A stretch of DNA of 64,000 bases from an uncultured Alphaproteobacteria bacterium (GCA_963697595.1 CAVOON010000002.1:15564-79563), one strand, 5' to 3'. Positions 27,443-36,412 are shown, numbered from the stretch's first letter. The notes: a model not told the origin generated them from the letters alone. Program-made: numbers and translations.

Positions 27443-27826
27443 ATGAAGGAAGCCGGATCAATGCAAAATGAGAATGCGGCGGAGAGTGAAAGCGCCCCAG
27501 TTCCGCTCGCGACATGGGCTCTCGCGCAGACAACGAAAAGCCCTTGCGCGAAGGCCGTTTTGCTGGCGCTCGCGGCAAGCGCCGGCGCTGACGACATTGC
27601 GTTCGTCACGCCGCGCCAGTTAGGGATCCAAACTGAGCTAACCGCCTACAATGCTTCAAAGTGGCTCAAGCGACTAATAACGCTTGGCCTCGCAAAGCGA
27701 TTAGGCGCGCCGAATCTGACTACGCCGACCGCCTATCAATTGAGGCCAAGCCAGCGCGAAAGCGAACGCCGCATGGCCCATATGGAAGTGAAGGTCGCCG
27801 GAGAACCGATCTATGACGAACGCTAA
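27443..27826 (+). CDS. Stand-alone winged-helix (phage replication-initiator N-terminus-like) protein, copy 1
   Basis: ATWALAQTTKSPCAKAVLLALA...TPRQLGIQTELT.....KWLKRL..LGL (alternative start 27461). Confidence 0.75.
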   Translation: MKEAGSMQNENAAESESAPVPLATWALAQTTKSPCAKAVLLALAASAGADDIAFVTPRQLGIQTELTAYNASKWLKRLITLGLAKRLGAPNLTTPTAYQLRPSQRESERRMAHMEVKVAGEPIYDER

Positions 27827-28139
27827 TTGTCCGACCGTCTCCGGCTCCGCGCGGCAGAAAAAGCGCGGAAAGATTCCGGTTATGACGTGGGCGCTTGAAC
27901 AGACCACAGAAAGCCCTAGCGCCAAGGCTGTATTATTGGCGCTCGCGATCGCTGCAAATGCAAAAGGCGAGGCTCTGGTGTCTCAAAATACGTTGGCCTT
28001 CCAGACGAACCAATCCATAGACTCCGTGCAGCGTCGCTTGAAACATCTTTTACGAGAGGGTTTCATTGTGCGCACCAAAGAACCAAATGCTTTCAAGGGC
28101 ACGCCCGCTGGATACACGCTGCAAAGCATGGTGCGCTAA
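27813..28139 (+). CDS. Stand-alone winged-helix protein, copy 2 (paralog)
   Basis: MTWALEQTTESPSAKAVLLALA...VSQNTLAFQTNQSIDSVQRRLKHL..EGFI. Confidence 0.75.
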   Translation: MTNANCPTVSGSARQKKRGKIPVMTWALEQTTESPSAKAVLLALAIAANAKGEALVSQNTLAFQTNQSIDSVQRRLKHLLREGFIVRTKEPNAFKGTPAGYTLQSMVR

Positions 28140-28816
28140 CCCTCGATCTGCTCCGCGTGGCAGCTCCTGACGAGCGGGATGCGCGGACGAACCCGGGGGA
28201 TGGGCGGACGCTCGGCAAACTCGTGACAAATCGAGCGCCGCACGCCGTGGCCTCTCCCTGCGGCGCCCTCCGCGATTAGGTTGACGCGCTTGGCGCTTGG
28301 CCTTCCACGCCGCGTCTCCCGGCCGCCATGGCGCTCCCATTTCGACATCGCTGCCGCCCGTGCAGCGCTTGCATTGTGCTAGAGCGGATGCGCGTCGCTG
28401 GCGTGAATGGTGTGACCTCGGCGCTCCCGTTCCCCTTTCGACTTCGATACCCGCACACGTCCAGCAATGTCGCGCTGGCTCAGGCGCGCCATTATCGAGG
28501 GGTCTGAAGGTCTCACGGCTGGCGCGATGAGCGGGTCCTTCCTGGAGGGTATGCCCAGTGCGGGCCCACGCGCCCCGGAATTTCGCTAGTAAACCTGAAT
28601 TGAAATAGGGTTTACACGGTTGACACCGAGGCAAGAAACGCCTGCAAAATCAACTATTTTTCCCGCAAAAAGTGCGCGCTTCGGCTGAGCGCGCGCCAGT
28701 TCCGTTCCCCTTTTCGAGCCTCCAAGATCGGTTCAATGACGCGGCTCGCCATCGACTCACCGAGAACCTGAAAATCCGGTTGTCGGTGAGGCCACAACCT
28801 ACCGCCTGGACAACAT

Positions 28817-28968
28817 TGGACGGCTCCACTTTTCAGCCGTCCACCCGCTGCGCCTTTAAAACCGCAGCTTTGGACGGCTTGGACGGCTTGGACGGCTTCT
28901 CCTTTTAAAAGTGAAAAATAAAGAGAGAGAGGGGTAGGGGAGAGCGAAGTGGACCCCATTGGACGGGT
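28817..28968. repeat. Right cluster of TGGACGGCT (reverse AGCCGTCCA) 9-mers, origin-like
   Basis: Three perfect tandem copies at 28871-28897; inverted pair at 28817/28835; near copy at 28960; AT/purine tract TTTTAAAAGTGAAAAATAAAGAGAGAGAGGGG follows. Confidence 0.85.
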
Positions 28969-29013
28969 GCTGGAAATGATGCCGAGAGGGCGGCGGTTGA
29001 GAGCCACAGCGGA

Positions 29014-29035
29014 CTGGTGACATATTGGTGACACG
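29014..29035. repeat. Integrase arm-type site (right)
   Basis: CTGGTGACATATTGGTGACACG, 21/22 identical to 10588-10609. Confidence 0.7.
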
Positions 29036-29092
29036 CGCCAAACCCAGCGATTGGGTGCGCTGAAAATTCCACCGTAAGGCTTTGATTTTAAG

Positions 29093-29168
29093 TGGTGAGC
29101 GCGCCGGGGCTCGAACCCGGGACCCTCTGATTAAAAGTCAGATGCTCTACCGACTGAGCTACGCGCTC
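29093..29168 (-). tRNA. tRNA-Lys (anticodon UUU)
   Basis: 76 nt GAGCGCGTAGCTCAGTCGGTAGAGCATCTGACTTTTAATCAGAGGGTCCCGGGTTCGAGCCCCGGCGCGCTCACCA; full cloverleaf with encoded CCA. Confidence 0.98.
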
Positions 29169-29488
29169 TCCTAGAAATCTCTTGGATCAACGATCCCGCG
29201 CTGTGCAAGTGCGACCCAAATCGGAAAGAGTGATCGGCCCACTTTTCCGCGCCGGCCGCAAGGACCGAACAGTGCTGATCCACTAACCTTCCCTTTCGGA
29301 CGGGTCAACCCCGAGGGCTGGCGACGGCGTGGCTGATGGACGGCTCCAACCGCCAAAAAAAGTCCCAAACCCGTACAGCGCAGATAGTCAATTTGGCGCA
29401 ACTGGCCTATCATCAGAAAAGGAGACGTCAGTCGCCGCGCGCAAAAAAAAGCAAAAAACGCAAAAAATCAACGCGGAGCGGGTGGAAT

Positions 29489-29995
29489 ATGGGCCAAAAA
29501 GAGGATCTGTTCCAGAATCTCGAAACGGCGATTCCGGCGTTGCGCCGTTACGCGCGCGCATTGTGCGCGTGCGCCGGTTCCGCTGCCGCCGATGAGCTCG
29601 TGCAAACTGCGCTGGAGCGCGCCGCATTGAGAATCCGCGGCAAGGGACTGTCCGTGGTGGAGGGCAATCCGGCGAGGCTTTGCGCCTATAGCGCCTTGAC
29701 TGCTCTGGCCAAGGACAAAATGGGCGTCATGGCCGCTCCGAGACCTGCTGCGCACCAACCGCTTATCACTCACGGTCTCGCGGGCCTTCCATTTGATGAG
29801 CGAGCCAGTCTGCTGCTGGTGGCGCTGGAGGGCTTCTCCTATGAGGCGGCGGCAAGCATCCTGGCCGTGCCGCCCGTGGCGCTGGTGGCGCAACTCCGGC
29901 GCGCTCGCGCCGCTCTGTTGACGCTCGATCTGCGGCCGCTCGCCCCCTCCGACCGGTCCCGCCGCGCCAGCGCCCATCTGCGCGTCATAAAATAG
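29489..29995 (+). CDS. ECF sigma-factor-like protein (divergent)
   Basis: IPALRRYARAL...ADELVQ.ALERA (region 2) and LP.DER..LLLVALEGFSYE.AA.IL (region 4). Confidence 0.75.
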   Translation: MGQKEDLFQNLETAIPALRRYARALCACAGSAAADELVQTALERAALRIRGKGLSVVEGNPARLCAYSALTALAKDKMGVMAAPRPAAHQPLITHGLAGLPFDERASLLLVALEGFSYEAAASILAVPPVALVAQLRRARAALLTLDLRPLAPSDRSRRASAHLRVIK

Positions 29996-30004
29996 GGTGG
30001 GGGC

Positions 30005-30907
30005 ATGAACACCCCTTTCAGCGTCGTCGAAGAAGACCTCCACGCGCTTGTCGACGGAGAGATCTCGGTCGAACGCCGCCGTCAGGTGGAAGATCATCTG
30101 CTTCAGCACCCCGAGGACGCGGCCCTGGTGGATAACTGGCGCCGCCAGAATGCGGCTTTGCGCGCCGCTTTCGAACCCGTGGCGCAGGAGACTCCCCCGC
30201 TATCCCTGCGCAACGCCGCCGCCCGCAACGCCGCCAACGGCCCGCCGCCGATAGAGACTGGGGCGATCCATTGGGGACGCCCGAGCAGCCCTTCTCGCTC
30301 GGTTCGACGGCTGGACGAAGTGCGTGAAAGCCGCCGCAAAAAGGCGGCCCTCTCCTCCGCGCTGACGCTGCTTGCCGGGGCAGTGTTGGCCGGCGTGACA
30401 GTTTTTGTGCTGACACGCGCAGGATCTGCGCCCAGCGGAATTCCTCAAGCAGCTTTGGCGCAGGGTTACGTCGATCGCGCGGACATGTGCTATCTGACCT
30501 ACGCTTCAGAATCGAGGCCGGTGGATTACGACGCCGAGCACAAGGATGAGCTTCTGTCCCTCCTGAAGCTTAGGGTCGGATTCGGGCGCGCCCCGGATCT
30601 GTCCCCGGCAAGGCTCAGGCTGCTGGGAGGGCGCATTTCTCCCGGGCTTACGGCGCCGGCAGGCTTTCTTATATATGAAGGCGAGAATGGCGCGCGTGTG
30701 GGCTTATATTTCGAGCGAGCCGATGCGGGGCCCGCGCCCCGCATCGCGCCTCGGGTCGAAAGCAGTCTGACGGCAATCGAATGGCGGGGCCTCGGTATGG
30801 CCTTTGTTCTGATCGGTCCTCTAGGCGTCGAGGCTATGCAAGGGGCTGCAGAGCTTGCGGCCTCGGAATTAGTTGCGCCGGCGGTTAGCGAGCCGCAACA
30901 TCGTTAG
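30005..30907 (+). CDS. Membrane-anchored anti-sigma factor
   Basis: EEDLHALVDGEIS.ERR.QVE.HL, single TM, periplasmic domain with LLGGR...GFLIYE. Confidence 0.85.
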   Translation: MNTPFSVVEEDLHALVDGEISVERRRQVEDHLLQHPEDAALVDNWRRQNAALRAAFEPVAQETPPLSLRNAAARNAANGPPPIETGAIHWGRPSSPSRSVRRLDEVRESRRKKAALSSALTLLAGAVLAGVTVFVLTRAGSAPSGIPQAALAQGYVDRADMCYLTYASESRPVDYDAEHKDELLSLLKLRVGFGRAPDLSPARLRLLGGRISPGLTAPAGFLIYEGENGARVGLYFERADAGPAPRIAPRVESSLTAIEWRGLGMAFVLIGPLGVEAMQGAAELAASELVAPAVSEPQHR

Positions 30908-30987
30908 GTTTCCTCGGTCGCCCCTCATCCGCCTAGCTTGCGCCGCAGCGTCTCGACAAAATGCGCCGCGCGGCTCAAAACAAAGCC

Positions 30988-31767
30988 ATGAACGCGCTGC
31001 TTATTCATCCCTTCGTGGAAGACCTGCTCGCCTGCCTGGGTTTTTATTCCCGCCTAAATCTGCCGACAAGGCGGAGCGAGATGCCGGAATTTCGCCGCGC
31101 TTTGCGGGCGCTTCCGCTCGCCGGAGCTATCGTCGGCGGCTGCGGGGGCTTGGCGTTGTTCTTCGCGCGCGTCTTTGGAATTCCAGCGCTGCCTGCGGCC
31201 GTCTGCGCGGTCGCGGCGCTGGTCGTCGTCACCGGCGGATTGCATGAGGATGGACTCGCGGATGTCGCGGACGGTTTCGGCGGCGGAGCGACGCGCCAGC
31301 GCAAGCTGGAAATCATGCGCGACAGTCGGCTGGGCTCTTACGGCGCCATCGCCCTGACGTTGGCGCTTATGCTGCGTATATCCGCATTGGCGGCGCTCGC
31401 CGAGCGCGGCCTGGGGATCGCTTTGGCTGCGTTGGTCTGCTCGGGAGCGGCGTCACGTGTGGCGGGCCTGGCGCCGCTGCTTCTCTCGACGCCCGCGCGC
31501 GCCGACGGCGCGGGCGCCGCGATGGAGCGCCCTTCAAGCTCCGCACTACTGATCGCGTCTATATTCATCGTGGCGGCTTCGATCCCTCTCTTACTGACGG
31601 GAGGGCATTTGTCGCAGGTTGTCGTGGCGAACATTGGAGCGCTGCTGGCTGCGAGTCTTGTCGCACGGCTGGCGGACCGCCAGATCGGGGGCTTCACCGG
31701 CGATGTGCTTGGCGCCGCGCAACAGGCAGCGGAGATTGTCATTCTGCTGGCGCTCTGCGGCGGGTAA
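30988..31767 (+). CDS. cobS: Adenosylcobinamide-GDP ribazoletransferase (cobalamin synthase)
   Basis: TGGLHEDGLADVADGFGGG, IMRDSRLGSYG, GGFTGDVLGA. Confidence 0.93.
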   Translation: MNALLIHPFVEDLLACLGFYSRLNLPTRRSEMPEFRRALRALPLAGAIVGGCGGLALFFARVFGIPALPAAVCAVAALVVVTGGLHEDGLADVADGFGGGATRQRKLEIMRDSRLGSYGAIALTLALMLRISALAALAERGLGIALAALVCSGAASRVAGLAPLLLSTPARADGAGAAMERPSSSALLIASIFIVAASIPLLLTGGHLSQVVVANIGALLAASLVARLADRQIGGFTGDVLGAAQQAAEIVILLALCGG

Positions 31768-31807
31768 ACGACGTTCGCATAATCTGAGCCAATGAACGGG
31801 TTCGAAA

Positions 31808-32446
31808 ATGGGACTTTTTCTAGCTGTTAGCGCTTTCAGGCACTGCAATCCGGACGAGGTTGCGCAAGCCTGTCGCGACTATTTCCTCTCGCATGGAGTC
31901 ACGGTTGAAGCCCACTCATCCAATGACCCTGTGGACCATCTGACCGATGTGACGATCTTTGCGCCTGCGCGGGACTGGCTCGTCGTGCTTTGGCCGGAGT
32001 ATTTCGGCGTGAACGTCGGTGCGGCAGCTCGAGATATGGCTCTTACGCATGACTGGCTGGTGTCGACCGTAAAGGTTTACGATGGCGACTACTGGGAGCA
32101 TCTAGCCTATCGAGGACACGAAGAATTGCATAGCTATTGTTCCTGGCCGAACTATTGGGATGAGGAAGATGAGGGAGCCGATTGGCAAAACGACCCCACG
32201 GCCTTCGCCTCCGCGCTTGGCGTCCCTCCGGACAGCTTGCGGCCCTATTTGATCGATGCCGCGAAAATCCAGGACGAGACAGCTCCGCGCAAGGCGCAAC
32301 CCGAGGATGACTACGATCTTTCCGATATCTGGGTCTTCATAGATTTCTGGAAGCGCCTTGGCGTAGCCTATCCCGAACCCGACGAGAAGGTCGCGCAAAT
32401 CCTGCATATCACGACGGAAGGATTCATGGACAAGTTGCCGGTCTAG
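31808..32446 (+). CDS. Hypothetical acidic protein
   Basis: Clean ORF between cobS and dusA, Trp/Tyr/Asp-rich. Confidence 0.7.
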   Translation: MGLFLAVSAFRHCNPDEVAQACRDYFLSHGVTVEAHSSNDPVDHLTDVTIFAPARDWLVVLWPEYFGVNVGAAARDMALTHDWLVSTVKVYDGDYWEHLAYRGHEELHSYCSWPNYWDEEDEGADWQNDPTAFASALGVPPDSLRPYLIDAAKIQDETAPRKAQPEDDYDLSDIWVFIDFWKRLGVAYPEPDEKVAQILHITTEGFMDKLPV

Positions 32447-32454
32447 AAAGGCGC

Positions 32455-33447
32455 TCACGCCGCGCGCTCTGTCGCGCGCCGAACTTCTCCGACCGCGTCC
32501 AGCAACGCCTCAATGCCCGCTCCAGGGCGAACGGCCTCGAGCGCAAGGCGTCGACGAAAACTACGCGCGCCGGGCATGCCGGTGAACAAACCGAGCATAT
32601 GACGCGAGATCGACGAAAGGCGCTCCCCTCGCGAAAGCTGTGTCTCGATATAGGGAGCAAAAGCCTCCACCACGCTAAAGCAATCTTTCAAAGGCGCGAT
32701 TTCGCCGAAGACTTCGGGGTCGACGCGAAGCAAAAGCGCGGGGTCGTGATAGGCGGCTCGACCGACCATCACTCCGTCGACGAAGGTGAGCTGTTCGCTG
32801 ATTGCCTCAATTGTCGCAAGCCCGCCGTTTATAGCTATTGGCGTCGCGGGATAGAACTGTTTCAGCCGATGCACCAGCGCGTAGTCGAGCGGGGGAATGT
32901 CGCGATTTTGTTTGGGCGAGAGGCCTTTAAGCCAAGCCTTGCGCGCATGCACGATTAGCGCGTCGGCGCCGGCGCGCAGGCTTGCATCCGCAAGTTCGAA
33001 CAGCGCCGTCTCGGGCTCCTGATCGTCGACTCCGATGCGGCATTTGACCGTTACCGGAATGTCCACCGCATCCTTCATCGCGCGAACGCAATCCGCGACA
33101 AGGGCTGGACGCAGCATCAAGCAGGCGCCGAAGGCGCCATTTTGAACGCGGTCCGATGGGCAGCCGACATTCAGGTTGATCTCGTCATAACCATAGCCTT
33201 CAACGATGCGAGCCGCTTGTGCAAGATCGGAAAGGTCAGAGCCGCCGATCTGAAAAGCGACCGGATGTTCGAAGGCGTCGTAACCCATAAGCCGCGAGCG
33301 ATTGCCATGTATGACGGCGCCGGCGGTCAGCATCTCCGTGTATAGCCGAGCCTTGCGCGTCATCAGCCGATGCAGATAACGGCAATGGCGATCCGTCCAG
33401 TCCATCATTGGCGCTACGGAAAAGCGGATGTCTTTAGCGGAGAGCAT
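32455..33447 (-). CDS. dusA: tRNA-dihydrouridine(20/20a) synthase
   Basis: FSVAPMMDWTDRHCRY, INLNVGCPSDRVQ.GAFGACLM, VKCRIG, GVMVGRAAY. Confidence 0.95.
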   Translation of the reverse strand: MLSAKDIRFSVAPMMDWTDRHCRYLHRLMTRKARLYTEMLTAGAVIHGNRSRLMGYDAFEHPVAFQIGGSDLSDLAQAARIVEGYGYDEINLNVGCPSDRVQNGAFGACLMLRPALVADCVRAMKDAVDIPVTVKCRIGVDDQEPETALFELADASLRAGADALIVHARKAWLKGLSPKQNRDIPPLDYALVHRLKQFYPATPIAINGGLATIEAISEQLTFVDGVMVGRAAYHDPALLLRVDPEVFGEIAPLKDCFSVVEAFAPYIETQLSRGERLSSISRHMLGLFTGMPGARSFRRRLALEAVRPGAGIEALLDAVGEVRRATERAA

Positions 33448-33545
33448 GGTCTGGCGGGATTCTTTCTCTAGCGGCGGGACGCAACATGCGGGTTTTTCTT
33501 CTCGCTTGCAGCAGACCGATAAACGCTTTTCCTCAAAATCCATAG

Positions 33546-34182
33546 CTACTGCGCCTCCTGACGCAGGGCCACGGTAAAGGAAATTTGAATTGGCTTGCCG
33601 AAACGTGTAGCGGCGAAACGCAACGCCACAAGCTGGGGAAGATGAGAGGCGCCCAGCCAAGTGTCATTCCAGTGCGGAGGCTTCCCCTCTTCGACCACGC
33701 CAAAATAGCGCAATTGAAGTAATGAAACATCTCGGGCAGCCTCCGTTTTCTGCATCGACTCGCGCGTCGCTTGTGACGCCTCGGCAATACGAAAGCCCGC
33801 GGTCCAGACCGCAAGGTCAACGCTATCGCCGTTGGGCGTCAATCCGATCTCACTAGAGAAGAAGCCGCCTTGCTGCGTCTGACCCTCGCTCAGGCTGATG
33901 AAGAAGCAACTATCGGGACGTCCATAAAAGAACAGCGTCTGTCCCTGTTTCGGGTCGGGAATGAGCATCGGGTAAGCGTGGGACAGCAGATCGGAGATTG
34001 CCGTCGCGGCGGCTTCGAGATCGCCGACAGCCTGATTGGCGCGAACTCGTTTCGAACGACTTCGTCGCCAGCTGTATTCCGCCAAGCAACGCACCCATCA
34101 GCAGCGCCAATAATGACAGGGAAAGCAGCAGCTCCAGCAAGGTGAAACCTGAATCGGCGCGTCGGTGCGCCCTACGCCTCAT
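33546..34182 (-). CDS. gspJ: Type II secretion minor pseudopilin GspJ-like; apparent 1-bp frameshift at TTT 34050-34052
   Basis: G/FTLLELL prepilin site; removing one base gives KSFERVRANQ and continues to W.D.W.....LP.LV.L. Confidence 0.7.
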
Positions 34183-34638
34183 TTCCCCGGCTCCTTGATC
34201 GTGAAGATTTTGAAAGTGTCGAAGCCGAGGGTCAGAGCCTTGCCGTTAATTTCGCCGCTGCGCGTCACGTCAATATGCGCCCAGAAGGCGATCGTTGTCG
34301 GCGCCAGGGGATTGAGCGGTGGCGGAGAGTTCGACGAGATTGACCCTTAGGACATAAATCAGTCCGTCATCGCTTTTTCCCTGAATGACGCCGGGTTGAG
34401 GCAGTGTTTCGACGCCCAACGCTTCGAGCTCGGAGCGCGCCACGCGCGTCGCGCGCAACAAGAAATCAGCCCGGTCGTCGTTGTTGACCGCGCCGAATAT
34501 GCCGCTCATCAGCGCCGCCAGAGACATGGTCAAGATCGCAAAAGCTGCAAGAGCCTCGATCAGCACGAAACCGCCGCGGCGCCTCTGCAAGCGTCTGAAT
34601 CGGCGGCTCGATCCGGCGACTTTCAAGAGACCTCGCAT
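34179..34638 (-). CDS. gspI: Type II secretion minor pseudopilin GspI-like; apparent 1-bp frameshift near 34295-34330
   Basis: G/FVLIEAL prepilin site. The alternative frame PLAPTTIAFWAH...FDTFKI ends in an ATGA overlap with gspJ; span is 3n+1. Confidence 0.65.
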
Positions 34639-35078
34639 CGAGCCGCTCCAGTTAGCCAGTTCACGTCGACAATAGCTGTCCGGCCTCCAAGCGACAAAGT
34701 GATTTCCCCTCCCGTGGAAGCGCCGCTCGGAAAGAACAGGATATCGCCCTGCGCCGGTCCTTGCTTGCGCGCTTCGGCAATTTTCAGACCCATATGAGTG
34801 TCGGACGGCAGGAAAGTCTCCGCCAGAACGGGAGACCAGTAACTCTTGCGCGCAATGTCCACGCTGACAGCGAGTTCGCTGTTTCCGGCGATCGCGCGGG
34901 CGCGCGTGTCGCGCATTATGGCGCACAGCCGGCGCGCGCTCGCTTGCAATTGCAGTCCACCCGGAGGCGGCCGCAGCAACGGCGCCGCGACGCCCATCAC
35001 AAGGGCGAAAATCGCCACCACGGCCAAGGTCTCCAGCAGGGTGAAGCCGGCGTCTGGCCGATCGCGCCTGTGTTTCAT
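34623..35078 (-). CDS. gspH: Type II secretion minor pseudopilin GspH/FimT-like
   Basis: G/FTLLETL, AR..AI, FFPSG.STGG.I.L. Confidence 0.8.
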   Translation of the reverse strand: MKHRRDRPDAGFTLLETLAVVAIFALVMGVAAPLLRPPPGGLQLQASARRLCAIMRDTRARAIAGNSELAVSVDIARKSYWSPVLAETFLPSDTHMGLKIAEARKQGPAQGDILFFPSGASTGGEITLSLGGRTAIVDVNWLTGAARCEVS

Positions 35079-36292
35079 TGCGTCGCGAGTTCATTGATGC
35101 CGAGCACGGCGTTCATCACGGTCAGCACCAGCGCGCCGACCAGACCGGCGATCATCACGGTGAGCGCCGGGGTCAGCATCCCCATCGCCCGTTCGATGGA
35201 GCGTTCGGTCGCGCGTTCGAAAGTGCCTGCGATCCGCAGCAGCATCGGCGCCAATTGTCCTGCCTCCTCACCGACGGCGACCAATTGCGGGACAACGGTG
35301 GGAAGCTGCGTGATTTGCGCCAACCCGCGCGACAAACTGCCGCCGTTGCGCACGGAATCGACGACATTGATGAGTTGTTCGCGCAGAAAAAAATTGCTGA
35401 CCGACTGCACAGCGCTTTCCAACCCCTGCAGCAAGGGCACGCCAGCTTTCAACATTGCGCCGAGCGTACGGGCGAATTGCGCTGTGTCGTATTGCGCCTT
35501 CAGCTTGCCGATGATGGGAACATCAAGGACTCTGCGGTCGATGGCCAGCTTCACTTTGGGCCGCGTCGCGGAGTAGGAACGAAGCCAAAAAACAAAGCCG
35601 ACGACGAACGCCAGAAAGCCGAGGATATAAGGCCACTGGTCCTCAAGCCCCATGATGAAAGAGAGCCCTGCCGGCATCGGCTTGCCGCTTTCGGAAAAGA
35701 TGGGCGAAACCGCCGGCGCGAGGACGCCGATCACAATGCCGGTCGAAACCAGCGCCAGCACGATCAATATGACCGGATAGATCAGCGCGGACTGGATGCG
35801 GGCGCGCAGTTCCTGGCGTCGCTCCAGCATCTCGGCCATCTGCGTCAACGCAGCCCCGATCTTGCCCATAGCCTCGCCGGCCCGCACGACGCTGATGTAG
35901 CCGTCTCCAAAAGCCGAAGAGGTCGCGGCCAGCGCGTCGGAGAGCGTCGCGCCATCGAGCAGGCGACGCAATACTTCCTCGGTGAGCTGTCGCCGCGCAG
36001 CGTTGGGGGCCTGTTCTTCCAGAATGCGCAGCGCCCGGTCAAGCGGGACGTCGGCTTCCTCCAGCGTGGCGAAGTCGCGGGTGAAGGCGGCGACATCGGC
36101 TGGTTTGAGACGCTTCTGGCTGAACAGACCGCCACCCTTTGCGCCGCCGTCCGCCCGCGCCGCATTCGTTTCGAAAGGCGTGAGACCGCGCGCCCAAAGC
36201 ATATCCTCGGCTTCGTCGCGCGTGCGCGCTTCGATTTCACCTTCGTCGAGTTCGCCCTGCGCGGTATAGGCGCGGTAATGAAACGAGGCCAT
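35075..36292 (-). CDS. gspF: Type II secretion inner-membrane platform protein
   Basis: MASFHYRA...G, ALIYP, AVGEEAGQL, PALTV.IA..VG motifs. Confidence 0.92.
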   Translation of the reverse strand: MASFHYRAYTAQGELDEGEIEARTRDEAEDMLWARGLTPFETNAARADGGAKGGGLFSQKRLKPADVAAFTRDFATLEEADVPLDRALRILEEQAPNAARRQLTEEVLRRLLDGATLSDALAATSSAFGDGYISVVRAGEAMGKIGAALTQMAEMLERRQELRARIQSALIYPVILIVLALVSTGIVIGVLAPAVSPIFSESGKPMPAGLSFIMGLEDQWPYILGFLAFVVGFVFWLRSYSATRPKVKLAIDRRVLDVPIIGKLKAQYDTAQFARTLGAMLKAGVPLLQGLESAVQSVSNFFLREQLINVVDSVRNGGSLSRGLAQITQLPTVVPQLVAVGEEAGQLAPMLLRIAGTFERATERSIERAMGMLTPALTVMIAGLVGALVLTVMNAVLGINELATQ

Positions 36293-36412
36293 GGGACCTT
36301 TCTTGGTGGTAAAAATCCATTCATCGGTTCGCGCCGACGTCGAGATGGAGCGGCGTGGCGATTCCGCGGGTCACGCCAACGACGGCCTCTGCGCTATGAC
36401 GTCCGGATAGTA

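Larger units (their letters stand above)
10425..29139. mobile_element. 18.7 kb integrated phage-satellite-like element (P4/PICI-like gene set) in tRNA-Lys(UUU)
   Basis: 47-bp att repeats, tyrosine integrase at one end, XRE/AlpA regulators, primase-helicase, AT-richer cargo; no recognisable capsid, terminase or conjugation genes. Confidence 0.92.

Noticed and set aside
28871-28897. 9-bp tandem repeats as a CRISPR array
   Set aside because: Units are too short, there are no spacers, and no cas genes are present.
24161-29007. TGAGAGCCAC at 24161, 24450 and 28998
   Set aside because: It also occurs in a host gene (42266), and a post hoc triple 10-mer in 19 kb is expected by chance.
10425-29139. 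Calling the element a complete prophage or an ICE
   Set aside because: No recognisable capsid, portal, terminase, lysis, relaxase or T4SS genes.
33447-33546. dusA-associated integrative island
   Set aside because: No integrase or duplicated dusA 5' fragment found nearby.
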